This document shows, in pieces, positions 32,306-42,574 of a stretch of 64,000 bases of DNA. Source of the DNA: Cytophagales bacterium (GTDB taxonomy: Bacteria > Bacteroidota > Bacteroidia > Cytophagales > JAAEPT01); contig JAAEPT010000103.1 in assembly GCA_024232295.1 (NCBI GenBank), positions 5,063-69,062 of the forward strand, read 5' to 3'. The notes below the pieces were generated by a model that saw only the letters and a list, made by a program, of their open reading frames with translations, searched no databases and had not been told where the DNA came from. Both the position numbers and the translations under genes were made by a program. The stretch's first letter is position 1. The number at the start of each line of letters is the position of its first letter.

Positions 32306-33217
32306 ATGGAGAATTATAACAAAATAATAGAATCTCTTAATGTAAAAATTGCAAAAGCAAAAAATATCGGTGTTGCCAAAAATGTTACTGTAACTGATTT
32401 TTTTGACATTACAAACACAATTATTCTTGTTAATCAAGGTGAAATTGTATTTGGAGACGAAGATACAGTCGCAAAAGAAGGAGATATATTATTTGTTCCT
32501 AATAATGCTTCTACCCAAATTACGTATGGTAATAAGCAAAAATCTGTTGAGGTAAGTAATGATGAATTACACAAGAATCTAGAAACTTACTTTGCTTATG
32601 AAAATATCAACGCTTATGATAACTTTAGTTATATTACTTTAAACACTAAAGTTTTTGATTCTGTAAATTTCTTTCAATCACTAGATATCCCTCCATTTGT
32701 CATTCCTCAACACAAAAAAATGGAAAAACTTGTTAGGAGTATTATTGAAGAACAATTACAAAGTAATATAGGAAAAGATAGAGTTATTTCATTATTAGCA
32801 GATCAGCTAATTATTGAAGTCATTCGATACATTGATAAGAATAACTTATTTGTAGAACAAATAGCTACCAACACTAGTTATTTGAAAGACCCTCGCCTAC
32901 TAGACTTATTCGGTTATATTCGTGAGAATCTTAGTGATGACTTATCAAATAAAGCACTAGCCAAAATCGCTAATGTATCTGAAGATTATGTGGGGCAATA
33001 CTTCAAAATGCTAACAGGTATTAATCCTCAAGATTACATTGAATATCAACGTATGGAAAAGGCTGTTCATTTACTTAGAACATCTAAACAAAGCATCAAA
33101 GATATTGGACAAGAAGTTGGATACAAAGACACCGCTTATTTTTGTAGAAGATTTAAAATGATGTTTGGTATTTCTGCTGGAAAAATGAGAAAACGAGAAT
33201 CGTTAATGAATTTATAA
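32306..33217 (+). CDS. AraC-family transcriptional regulator
   Basis: C-terminal LAKIANVSEDY...IKDIGQEVGYKDTAYFCRRFK; upstream TAGTTTTG promoter motif at 32273-80. Confidence 0.9.
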   Translation: MENYNKIIESLNVKIAKAKNIGVAKNVTVTDFFDITNTIILVNQGEIVFGDEDTVAKEGDILFVPNNASTQITYGNKQKSVEVSNDELHKNLETYFAYENINAYDNFSYITLNTKVFDSVNFFQSLDIPPFVIPQHKKMEKLVRSIIEEQLQSNIGKDRVISLLADQLIIEVIRYIDKNNLFVEQIATNTSYLKDPRLLDLFGYIRENLSDDLSNKALAKIANVSEDYVGQYFKMLTGINPQDYIEYQRMEKAVHLLRTSKQSIKDIGQEVGYKDTAYFCRRFKMMFGISAGKMRKRESLMNL

Positions 33218-33278
33218 AAATAAAAAAGCGAATGAAATTTGATTCATTCGCTTTTTTGTTGGTCATTAATTAATATTT

Positions 33279-35918
33279 TTAATTATACATCTTATGAATA
33301 ATATCTGCTACTAAAGCTGTCCATCCTGTTTGATGTGAAGCTCCTAATCCAGCTCCATTATCTCCATGGAAGTATTCATAAAATAATACATAATCTTTGA
33401 AATGAGGATCATTTTGCATTTTTGGATGACGATTATAAACTGCTCGTTTCCCTTCCTCATCTTTTGTGAAAACACCAATCATTCGTTTTGATAATTCCCT
33501 TGTAACTTCCGGAATTGTTAAGTGATTTTTGCTACCTGTAGGGAATTCCATTGTAAAGTTATCATCATAATAAAAATCAAACTTCCAAAGAGACTCTAAA
33601 ATCAAGTAGTTTACAGGAAACCAAATCGGTCCTCTCCAATTCGAATTACCACCAAATAAGTAAGAGTCAGACTCTCCTGGGTTATATCCAACAGAAAATA
33701 CTTCATCTCCTACTTTAAACTCATAAGGGTTCTCTTTATGGTGTTTTGATAAAGCTCTGATACCATAATCAGACAAGAACTCTTCCTCATCCAATACACG
33801 TTCTAACAATTTCTTCATTCGGAAACCTCTCATTAAAGAGAATAAACGTCTTTCTCCCTTACCAATCTCATCCCAACGAGAGACCAAACGAGCTAATTTT
33901 GGACGAACTTTTTGATAAAAGTCCAATCGATCTCTAAATAAGTGAAGCTTCTCATGAGTTTCGCTTTTCAATGTTTCTACAGCAAATAAAGGAATAATTC
34001 CGACCATTGAACGAATCTTCAATCGCATTGTAGGACCATTTTCCATATGAAGAATATCGTAATAAAAATTATCTTCATCATCCCACAAACTTACTTTATC
34101 ATCAGTAGCATCATGAATTGCTTCTGCAATGTACAAGAAGTGATCTAAGAACTTCATTGCCATCTCTTGATATACTTTATTCTCAGTAGCCAAATCTAAT
34201 GAAATACGAAGCATATTTAAGGCAAACATAGCCATCCAGCTTGTTCCATCAGCTTGTTCTAATTTTCCACCAGTAGGCAAAGGACGACTTCTATCAAATA
34301 CTCCAATATTATCAAGTCCTAAGAAACCTCCTTCAAAGATATTATTACCACTACTATCTTTTCTATTCACCCACCATGTGAAGTTTAACATCAACTTATG
34401 GAAAGCTTGTTCTAGGAATTCTAAATCACCATCACTTCCTTTTTGCTTCTTATCAATGTGGAACACTCTCAATACAGCCCAGGCATGTACAGGAGGGTTT
34501 ACATCACTAAAATTCCATTCATAGGCAGGAATTTGCCCATTAGGATGGATATACCATTCATCCAATAAAAGCAATAGTTGTTTTTTGGCAAAATCTGCAT
34601 CAATACGAGCAATTGGAATACAGTGAAAAGCTAAATCCCATGCAGCATACCAAGGATATTCCCATTTATCTGGCATTGAGATAATATCAGCATTATGTAA
34701 GTGTCTCCAATGCTGATTACGTCCCTGCTTTCTCTCTTTTGGAGGAGTAGAACGACCTTCATCACCATCCATCCATTCCTTTACATTATAGTAGTAGAAT
34801 TGCTTAGTCCACATCAAGCCACCAAATGCCTGACGTTGAATATTAATCAAGTCGTCTTCTTCATCTGGAATTTTTGCTTGAATTTCTTCATAAAAATCAT
34901 CTGCCTGTTGAAGACGCTCAGCAAATAATTGATGAAAATCTACAAAAGGCTGTGACAATTCTTTTTTAGAAAGACGTACACAAACCTCTTTTTTTCCATT
35001 TGCAGGAACTACTACCTTGTAAATACCTGATACTTTGGTTCCCTCCCTATCCACATTAATGGCTTCTTTATGACCGTTTACTACATAGTCATTAATTCCA
35101 TCTTTAGTATACTTACTATTATTAGTGCCTCCATAAAGCAGTTTTCTATTTGTTTCATTATCACAAAAAGCTAACTCTACTCCATCTTCAAAGTATAAAT
35201 GATAATTCCCTAACTCTTCATGGTTAATGGCAACATAAGTATCACTTTCTGCAACCATAGTAGGTACCGAAGTTGTGTATTGTAACCTCCAAGTATTTCT
35301 AAACCATGCAGTAGGTAATAAATATAATTCCTCTTCTCGATCTCCTCTATTCTCAATTACTGCTTTAAATAATAAATCATCTTCATCTACTTTAGCATAC
35401 TCCAAAAAGATGTCATAATACTCATCATTATCAAAGATTCCAGTATCTAGAATTTCGTATTCTAAATCTTGTTTTCCTCTGTGTCTATTCTCATCAACAA
35501 GTTGTTTATAAGGAAATGGATTTTGAGGGTACTTATATAACATTTTCATGTATGAATGTGTAGGAGTACTATCAAGGTAATAATACATCTCTTTCACATC
35601 TTCTCCATGATTTCCTTCATTACCTGTCAACCCAAAGATACGTTCCTTAAGTATAGGGTCTTTTCCATTCCAAAAAGCCCAAGAAAAGTTCAACAGTTGT
35701 TGGCCATCACTTACTCCTCCAATTCCTTCTTCTCCCCAACGATAGGCATTACTACGAGCCATATCATGTGAAACACTTTCCCAAGCAGATCCATCAGCAC
35801 TATAATCTTCTCGGACAGTTCCCCATTGTCTTTCTGTCAAATAAGGTCCCCATTTCTTCCAAGAGACTTTTCCTTCTTCTTCGTCTTTTAGGCGTTGTTT
35901 TTCAATATTATGTTGCAT
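33279..35918 (-). CDS. MGH1-like glycoside hydrolase (GH63-related)
   Basis: WGPYLTERQWGTVREDYS, PDKWEYPWYAAWDLAFH, NSNWRGPIWFP, GLGASHQTGWT. Confidence 0.9.
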   Translation of the reverse strand: MQHNIEKQRLKDEEEGKVSWKKWGPYLTERQWGTVREDYSADGSAWESVSHDMARSNAYRWGEEGIGGVSDGQQLLNFSWAFWNGKDPILKERIFGLTGNEGNHGEDVKEMYYYLDSTPTHSYMKMLYKYPQNPFPYKQLVDENRHRGKQDLEYEILDTGIFDNDEYYDIFLEYAKVDEDDLLFKAVIENRGDREEELYLLPTAWFRNTWRLQYTTSVPTMVAESDTYVAINHEELGNYHLYFEDGVELAFCDNETNRKLLYGGTNNSKYTKDGINDYVVNGHKEAINVDREGTKVSGIYKVVVPANGKKEVCVRLSKKELSQPFVDFHQLFAERLQQADDFYEEIQAKIPDEEDDLINIQRQAFGGLMWTKQFYYYNVKEWMDGDEGRSTPPKERKQGRNQHWRHLHNADIISMPDKWEYPWYAAWDLAFHCIPIARIDADFAKKQLLLLLDEWYIHPNGQIPAYEWNFSDVNPPVHAWAVLRVFHIDKKQKGSDGDLEFLEQAFHKLMLNFTWWVNRKDSSGNNIFEGGFLGLDNIGVFDRSRPLPTGGKLEQADGTSWMAMFALNMLRISLDLATENKVYQEMAMKFLDHFLYIAEAIHDATDDKVSLWDDEDNFYYDILHMENGPTMRLKIRSMVGIIPLFAVETLKSETHEKLHLFRDRLDFYQKVRPKLARLVSRWDEIGKGERRLFSLMRGFRMKKLLERVLDEEEFLSDYGIRALSKHHKENPYEFKVGDEVFSVGYNPGESDSYLFGGNSNWRGPIWFPVNYLILESLWKFDFYYDDNFTMEFPTGSKNHLTIPEVTRELSKRMIGVFTKDEEGKRAVYNRHPKMQNDPHFKDYVLFYEYFHGDNGAGLGASHQTGWTALVADIIHKMYN

Positions 35919-36044
35919 AACATTCGGTGTTTGTGATTGATCTTAACGAAAAAATAATTAAGGTAACTAATATATAAAAAAATAAGCCCTTATGAATGAA
36001 CATAAAGGCTTATTTCTTAATAATTCGATAAACGAAATATATTT

Positions 36045-36734
36045 TTATTTTAAGGCTTCTAAAGATGCAGATAAAGACTCATCAATATTACCAAATTTAT
36101 TCTGGTAATCTAATTGACTTTTCTTGATTACTTCTAATGCTTCTTCTTTTCCATAAGTTTCAACAATCTCACATTTAGGTTTTTGACCTTCAGCAGGAAT
36201 TTCTTTATAAGTTAAGAAGTAATGCTTCAAACGGTTGATTACAGAAGCAGGAACATCAGAAACATCCTTCCATTGTTGGTAAACTTCATCACCTTTCAAT
36301 ACAGCTATGATTTTATCATCAGCCTCTCCTCCATCAATCATTCTAAACCCTCCAATAGGAATAGCAGGAACGATTAAATTTCCGTGAGTAATTTGTCTCT
36401 CTGTCAACACACAGATATCTAAAGGATCTTGATCTCCTACGATTTCTGGTAAGTTGTTCTTATCAGCACAGTTTTTTGCAACTTCATCATCACAATAAGT
36501 TTGTGGAACGAAACCATATAATGCTGGTACAATATTAGAGAATTTTTGAGGACGATCTACCATTAAGTATCCTGTCTCTTTGTCAATTTCGTACTTTACT
36601 TGGTCAGTCGGTACAATCTCAATAAATGTATTGATAACTTCTGGAGCATCTTCCCCTACACTGATTCCATGCCAAGGGTGTGCTTTGTAACGTAACCCTA
36701 AATTTTTCAAAAGGTTATTTGACTCTTTACTCAT
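36045..36734 (-). CDS. ppa: Inorganic pyrophosphatase (family I)
   Basis: HPWHG, VKYEIDK, YGFVPQTY, GDQDPLD, DGGEADDKII. Confidence 0.93.
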   Translation of the reverse strand: MSKESNNLLKNLGLRYKAHPWHGISVGEDAPEVINTFIEIVPTDQVKYEIDKETGYLMVDRPQKFSNIVPALYGFVPQTYCDDEVAKNCADKNNLPEIVGDQDPLDICVLTERQITHGNLIVPAIPIGGFRMIDGGEADDKIIAVLKGDEVYQQWKDVSDVPASVINRLKHYFLTYKEIPAEGQKPKCEIVETYGKEEALEVIKKSQLDYQNKFGNIDESLSASLEALK

Positions 36735-36851
36735 TGTATTAAAAAATTTTAATTTTTTTCTAATAAACTCACAAGTTAGGTATTTTTATCAAATTTGACG
36801 TAATACTCCTTCCATAATCTTTGATTTGATCAGATTATTCAATCATAATCT

Positions 36852-37454
36852 CTAAAATTCATTATCAATCGAGGTGGTTTGTTTTTTCGTTTTGACACCT
36901 AAGAAACCAAATAGACTACCACAAATACCTCCCAAAATATGACCAAAATAAGAAACATTTGATTGTTCTTTCCAACCAATTGCTTCTTGTGAGGCAAAAG
37001 CAAACTCCTTTCCTAGAAATACAACTACTACCAGAATAAAGGTCATTGGTATTTCTCCAGACTTAACATTTACCACTGAACTCAAAATAATAAACATGTA
37101 AACCAAACCACTTGCTCCCAACAATGCAGTATCCATAAATAAGACATTTAACACACCAGGAATTAGAGCAGTAATTAACATCATAATCATCAAATCTTTT
37201 GAACCATATTTTTCTTCCAAAATAGGTCCAAGAAGTAGAATGAAAATAAAGTTATTGGTAAAATGAGTCCAGTCAGCATGTCCCATTGCATGAGAAACCA
37301 AACGAAAATAACTGATGGGATTTTGAAAAGTAAAATCAGGATAAACAGTAAACAAAGGCATTACACTTCCTACCAAAATATTATCCAATAATAGAATAAA
37401 AGCACAGAAAATGGTAAAAGTTAGAATAACTGGAGAATTGTATCTTAGTCTCAT
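36852..37454 (-). CDS. Rhomboid-family intramembrane serine protease
   Basis: H...H...N, GASG, SYFGHILGG. Confidence 0.9.
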   Translation of the reverse strand: MRLRYNSPVILTFTIFCAFILLLDNILVGSVMPLFTVYPDFTFQNPISYFRLVSHAMGHADWTHFTNNFIFILLLGPILEEKYGSKDLMIMMLITALIPGVLNVLFMDTALLGASGLVYMFIILSSVVNVKSGEIPMTFILVVVVFLGKEFAFASQEAIGWKEQSNVSYFGHILGGICGSLFGFLGVKTKKQTTSIDNEF

Positions 37455-37542
37455 ACTATCAAAAATTAAGTGTCACTTACTATATACAAAAATAAGAGAT
37501 TTAATGAAGGTCTCAAGAATTTTATTTTTTTTTCGAAAAAAA

Positions 37543-37570
37543 TGTAACCCTTTTCAAAACACTCCGTTAT
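37543..37570 (+). promoter_or_regulatory. ECF-sigma-type promoter
   Basis: TGTAAC (37543-48), 16-nt spacer, CGTT (37565-68); fits the general ECF -35 AAC / -10 CGT pattern. Confidence 0.6.
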
Positions 37571-37575
37571 AAATG

Positions 37576-38006
37576 ATATCAACACAAAATAAAAACAGTA
37601 AAAAACACTGCTGTAGTTGATAAAATCAAGTGTTTAAGCAACTATGTTAAATTCAGGGAGTCCTTTTCCCCATAGAGGTTCAAGTGAGAACAAGATTAAT
37701 CAAATCAAAAGAAGTTTAAGTTTAACTATGGGAAGTTCGCTGTCTCCCCAAGGGTCTACAAGACAAGATATCCAAGTATCGCAGTAAGTTCTTAAAGGTT
37801 TGCGCATTTATAAAATAAAAATTACTCCAATCATTTATTGCAGTCTTTTAAACCGGGTAATAAAATAAAAATAAGTAGTGCAAATTATCATTAATCTAGG
37901 GATATGTCCGATCCCAGAAAGGCTTAAAAGAGAGCAAGATGTAAAAATCACGGAAAAGAATTATCAAACACCTCATATTCTATCTTGAATATGAGGTGTT
38001 TTTTTT
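37576..38006 (+). ncRNA. Candidate ~430-nt structured ncRNA with three repeated modules
   Basis: Bounded by the ECF-like promoter and a terminator; no ORF of 60 aa or more; three 40-42-nt GGGA..TCCC hairpin + AGG + CAAGAT modules. Confidence 0.5.
37966..38006 (+). terminator. Strong intrinsic terminator upstream of apt
   Basis: AAACACCTCATATTC-TATCTT-GAATATGAGGTGTTT followed by a T-run. Confidence 0.85.
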
Positions 38007-38055
38007 GCCCCATATTTAGTTTTCTCTATCTTTGTTTCTTACAATAATAAGAATT

Positions 38056-38592
38056 ATGGAAACTATTCAAGAACGTATCAAAAGCAGTATCCGAGACATC
38101 AAAGACTTTCCAAAAGAAGGAATTATTTTTAAGGATATTACGCCTATTCTAAGTGATGTTAGTTTATCAAATGACATTGTAGAAGAGTTTGTAAAAAGCA
38201 TTCAAGAAAAAGGGATTAAAATAGACGCAGTAGCTTGTATTGAAGCAAGAGGCTTTTTGTTTGGACCTATGATTGCACAACGTTTATCTGTTCCTTTTAT
38301 TCCAATTCGTAAAAAAGGAAAACTTCCTTATGATACTATCTCTTATGAATATGATTTGGAATATGGTTCTGCTGTTATTGAAATGCACAAAGATGCTGTT
38401 CAAAAAGACTGGAATGTATTGATTCATGATGACTTATTGGCTACAGGAGGTACAGCAATTGCTGCTGCTGAGCTAATCAAAACAGAAGGGAATGTAGCTG
38501 GTTTTTCATTTTTAGTAGATTTAACTTTCTTAGATGGGAATAAGAAACTAAAAGAGTATTCTGATAATGTTCTAAGTCTTATTAAGTACTAA
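38056..38592 (+). CDS. apt: Adenine phosphoribosyltransferase
   Basis: DFPKEGIIFKDITP, EARGFLFG, YDLEYG, DDLLATGGT; own TATCTTTG promoter motif at 38027-34, so ATG 38056 is preferred. Confidence 0.95.
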   Translation: METIQERIKSSIRDIKDFPKEGIIFKDITPILSDVSLSNDIVEEFVKSIQEKGIKIDAVACIEARGFLFGPMIAQRLSVPFIPIRKKGKLPYDTISYEYDLEYGSAVIEMHKDAVQKDWNVLIHDDLLATGGTAIAAAELIKTEGNVAGFSFLVDLTFLDGNKKLKEYSDNVLSLIKY

Positions 38593-38726
38593 TTAAAAAT
38601 ATCTAGACAAATAAGGAAGGTGTGGGTAAAAATCTCACACCTTTTTTATTTATCTAAACTTGAATAATTGTACAGAAAAGAGAAAATACTTATATTTTAC
38701 CGTTAGAGATAAAGATTAAGTTATAT

Positions 38727-39074
38727 ATGGGTAATAATGATTGGAAAGATAGATTAGGTACTGTATTTTCTACAGATCCTAATTTCAAGTATGAATATGA
38801 TGGTGAACAAGAAGAAGAAACACTTCCTCCTTCTGAACAACATCTAAAGGTATTACTTGATAAAAAACAAAGGAAAGGAAAAGCCGTTACACTTATTACT
38901 GGTTTTGTAGGAACAAATGATGATCTAAAAGATTTGGGGAAACTATTAAAATCAAAATGTGGTGTTGGTGGATCTGCCAAAGATGGTGAAATTATCGTGC
39001 AAGGTGATTTTAGGCAAAAAGTTCTCGAGATACTCCAGAAAGATGAATATAATGTAAAGAAGGTAGGAGGTTAA
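38727..39074 (+). CDS. SUI1/YciH-family translation initiation factor
   Basis: RKGKAVTLI, LKSKCGVGGSAKDGEIIVQGD. Confidence 0.92.
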   Translation: MGNNDWKDRLGTVFSTDPNFKYEYDGEQEEETLPPSEQHLKVLLDKKQRKGKAVTLITGFVGTNDDLKDLGKLLKSKCGVGGSAKDGEIIVQGDFRQKVLEILQKDEYNVKKVGG

Positions 39075-39157
39075 TTCCGTTTTACAAATTTTGTCGCCTA
39101 TTTGCTATTAGGTCTCTACAATTAATGTTATTGTATAATCCGTAAAATTGGAAAGAA

Positions 39158-40636
39158 ATGAGTTCAGCAATAGAAAAAATATTAAAGAATAGTTATACAC
39201 GTTTACTTCTCTCTGTTTTCTTAGGTTTAGTAGCTTTATGTCTATATTTTAATATTGTAATCTATAACACACATGTTAGTGATTCACAAGAAAGTGAGTT
39301 AGCTAAGATTCAAGGAGTTGCAAGAAGTACTGCTTCAGTTATAAAAGCAGAAGACATTCAAAATACTTGTACTAAGTATCCTAAAATGGATGCTATTAAG
39401 GACAATATGCAAGATTCTATTTACTATAAAAATGTAAAGCTCCTAAAAGAAATTCAGCATAGAAATAATATTAAAACTCCAGTTTATGTACTAGTTTTTG
39501 ATGAGAAATCTCAACATTTTTTATTTGTTTATACTTCTAATGATAATCCATACTACTTTCACACATACACAAGTTTTCCAGAAGAACTATTAGCAAATTA
39601 CAAAGCAAATATTGGTGGAATTATTCCTCCCTATGAAGATGAACATGGTACTTGGATGTCTGCCTTTGAACCTATCAAAGATGAAAATGGAACAGCAATA
39701 GGAATTGTTCAAGTAGATGCACAATTTGATCCCTTCATTCAAGAAGCTCGTGTAGATGCTTTCAAACAGTTAGGAATTGCTTCATTTATCTTTATTATTA
39801 TTGGTTTTGCTTTGTACAAAAAAATACAAACATTCTTAGATGACGAAGAAGAAAATCAACGTACAATTCATCAAAAAAACCTACACATTACATCAAGTAT
39901 TCAATATGCCAAAAGAATACAAGAAGTAATTCTCCCTACTGAAGAACAAATAGCAGAAGAACTTCAAAACTTTGTGTATTATGAACCCAAAGATATTGTG
40001 AGTGGTGATTTCTATTGGTTTAGTAATAAACAAGAAAATCATGTGTTTTTGGCTGCTGTAGATTGTACAGGACATGGAGTACCTGGAGCATTTATGTCGA
40101 TGATTGGTAACACTGTATTGAATACCTTAATCAATGAAAAAAAGCTTTCTCATGTTGGAGAAATTCTAAAGCAAATGGAGGTTGAGCTAAGAAAAGCTCT
40201 TAATGCAGAAGATAAAAATAAAGCGACAACTGATGGAATGGATATTGCTTTAATTCACATCGACAAAGAAAAAAATAAAATTTGTTTTGCTGGTGCACAA
40301 CGTCCTCTTGTAATGATAAGAGAAAATGAAATAAAAGAAATTAAAGCAACAAAACGCTCAATTGGTTATCTGTATCATGATGATGTATCTTACAACACAG
40401 AGGAAATACCATTGGAAAAAGGGGATTGCTTCTATATGTTCTCAGATGGTTATCAAGATCAATTTGGAGGACCTAAAAATAAGAAGTTTATGAAGAAACA
40501 ATTGAAACGATTATTGTTAGAAATTCATGAGCAAGATATGCCAACTCAAAAAACAATTTTACATGAGAAATTACAGGACTGGAAAGGAGGTCATAACCAG
40601 ATTGATGATGTTCTAGTAATGGGGATAAGAATATAA
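39158..40636 (+). CDS. Membrane sensor with SpoIIE/PP2C phosphatase domain
   Basis: Two TM helices around a periplasmic domain; SIQYAKRIQ, VSGDFY, DCTGHGVPGA, SDGYQDQFGG, QIDD. Confidence 0.9.
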   Translation: MSSAIEKILKNSYTRLLLSVFLGLVALCLYFNIVIYNTHVSDSQESELAKIQGVARSTASVIKAEDIQNTCTKYPKMDAIKDNMQDSIYYKNVKLLKEIQHRNNIKTPVYVLVFDEKSQHFLFVYTSNDNPYYFHTYTSFPEELLANYKANIGGIIPPYEDEHGTWMSAFEPIKDENGTAIGIVQVDAQFDPFIQEARVDAFKQLGIASFIFIIIGFALYKKIQTFLDDEEENQRTIHQKNLHITSSIQYAKRIQEVILPTEEQIAEELQNFVYYEPKDIVSGDFYWFSNKQENHVFLAAVDCTGHGVPGAFMSMIGNTVLNTLINEKKLSHVGEILKQMEVELRKALNAEDKNKATTDGMDIALIHIDKEKNKICFAGAQRPLVMIRENEIKEIKATKRSIGYLYHDDVSYNTEEIPLEKGDCFYMFSDGYQDQFGGPKNKKFMKKQLKRLLLEIHEQDMPTQKTILHEKLQDWKGGHNQIDDVLVMGIRI

Positions 40637-40677
40637 GAAAAAAGCCTTTAAACACAGTGTTTAAAGGCTTTTTTCTT
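40636..40677. terminator. Bidirectional terminator
   Basis: AAGAAAAAAGCCTTTAAACAC-A-GTGTTTAAAGGCTTTTTTCTT between convergent genes. Confidence 0.8.
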
Positions 40678-40694
40678 ATCAATCTTTAGTGTTA

Positions 40695-42458
40695 CTAGCA
40701 ATCATAAATTCTCTCAATAGCATCTGCATATTTTTCTTTGATTACTTTACGTTTACACTTCATTGTAGGTGTCAACTCCCCAGTTTCAATTGTCCAACTA
40801 GTTGGTAGTAATTCAAAACGTTTTACCTTTTCATACTGAGCAAAACTTTCATTAAACTTGTCAACCTCTCTTTGGAATTTATCCATAATTTGAGGAAGCT
40901 TTAACATTTCTGCATCTGTAGTATATGGAATACCTTTATGACCACAATAATCTCTTAAACCCTCAAAAGATGGAACAATCAAGGCTCCAGGAAACTTTCT
41001 AAACTCTCCTGTAATCATAATTTGCTCAATCAACACAGATTCTTTGAACTTGTTTTCAAGCATTTGAGGATAAATATATTTTCCTCCAGAAGTTTTAAAT
41101 TGATCTTTCTTTCTATCAGTAATTTTAAGGTATTTCCCCTCTACCATTGTTCCAATATCTCCAGTATGGAACCAACCATCTTCATCAATTACTTCAGCAG
41201 TTTTATCTGGTTTATTGTAGTAACCTTGCATGATATGTGGACCTCTTGTTAGAATCTCTCCATCCTCTGCAATCTTAACCTCTATCCCTTCAATCAAAGG
41301 ACCTACTGTACCTATTCTTACTTCATCAGGATTCGGCTTATTTACAGAAATAACAGGGGAAGTTTCTGTAAGTCCATACCCCTCTAGTACAGGAATATTT
41401 GCAGACCAAAAGACAGTAGCTAAACGAGGTTGAAGTGCTGCACTACCAGAGGTAATTAATCGTACATTTCCTCCCAATGCTTCTCTCCATTTACTAAAAA
41501 TCAATTTATTAGCAAGATTTAACTGGAAGTTGTACCAAAATCCTTGATTCTTATTTAATTCAAATTTGTGCCCTAATTCTAATGCCCAGAAAAATAATTT
41601 TCTCTTGATTCCTGAAAGCTCTAGACCTTTTGCATAAATCTTATCATATACTTTTTCTAATAGACGAGGAACTGTTGAGAAAATATGAGGTTTGACTTCT
41701 TTCAAATTATCCCCAATTGTTTCCATACTCTCTGCATAATAGATGGAAACTCCTGCATAAACGTACAGATAAGTCAACATTCTTTCATATACATGACAAA
41801 GTGGTAGAAAACTTAACGCATCAGAACCTGCATCAACAGGTAAAATCTTCTCTGTAGCAAGTACATTACTCATCAAATTAGAATGATTAAGCATTACTCC
41901 TTTGGGCTTTCCTGTAGTTCCAGAAGTATAAATAAGTGTCAATAAATCTGTCTCATCTACTCCTGCTTTGTGCAATTTCAAATCTTCTACAGCCTTGTCA
42001 CTACCCAAATCAGAAACTTCTTCCCAATATTGAGCTCCATCAACCTTATCAAAAGTATAAATACCTACAATACCTTCAATATCCTTGACAGCTTCTTGAA
42101 CCTTGGCATATAGTTCTGCATCTGAGACAAATACAGCCTTCACACCAGCATCTTTGAAGATATAATTATAATCTTCTACAGTAATTGTAGGGTACATTGG
42201 TACACTTACAGCTCCTATTTGCTGAATGCCATAATCTACAAAGTTCCATTCTGGACGGTTCATAGAAATGATAGCAACCTTCTCTTGCTTTTTGATTCCT
42301 AATTCTAATAAACCTAAACTTATATTATTGGCATAATTAACAGCTTCTTGTGTAGAATATGTAATCCACTCACCATTTTCCTTTTTGGCAAATGCATTTT
42401 CTTGAGGAGTATTTTCGAGCTGGTACTCCAGCAAATCAAATAATCGTTGTGTTTTCAT
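40695..42458 (-). CDS. Long-chain fatty-acid-CoA ligase
   Basis: IYTSGTTGKPKG, GYGLTETSP, GWFHTGDIG, GELTPTMK; ATG 42458 (MKTQRLFD) preferred as start. Confidence 0.92.
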   Translation of the reverse strand: MKTQRLFDLLEYQLENTPQENAFAKKENGEWITYSTQEAVNYANNISLGLLELGIKKQEKVAIISMNRPEWNFVDYGIQQIGAVSVPMYPTITVEDYNYIFKDAGVKAVFVSDAELYAKVQEAVKDIEGIVGIYTFDKVDGAQYWEEVSDLGSDKAVEDLKLHKAGVDETDLLTLIYTSGTTGKPKGVMLNHSNLMSNVLATEKILPVDAGSDALSFLPLCHVYERMLTYLYVYAGVSIYYAESMETIGDNLKEVKPHIFSTVPRLLEKVYDKIYAKGLELSGIKRKLFFWALELGHKFELNKNQGFWYNFQLNLANKLIFSKWREALGGNVRLITSGSAALQPRLATVFWSANIPVLEGYGLTETSPVISVNKPNPDEVRIGTVGPLIEGIEVKIAEDGEILTRGPHIMQGYYNKPDKTAEVIDEDGWFHTGDIGTMVEGKYLKITDRKKDQFKTSGGKYIYPQMLENKFKESVLIEQIMITGEFRKFPGALIVPSFEGLRDYCGHKGIPYTTDAEMLKLPQIMDKFQREVDKFNESFAQYEKVKRFELLPTSWTIETGELTPTMKCKRKVIKEKYADAIERIYDC

Positions 42459-42574
42459 AATACTAAAAAATTTTTTGGTGAAATTAACTGAACTGAGTGA
42501 GGAAGAAAACCTCATTTTTTTACAAATAAGGACTTTTTTAATTTTACGATGATAAAACTTTGATAGTTATTCAT

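Noticed and set aside
37576-38006. Purine riboswitch or attenuator controlling apt
   Set aside because: No recognisable purine-aptamer core, and apt has its own promoter motif downstream of the terminator; not fully excluded.
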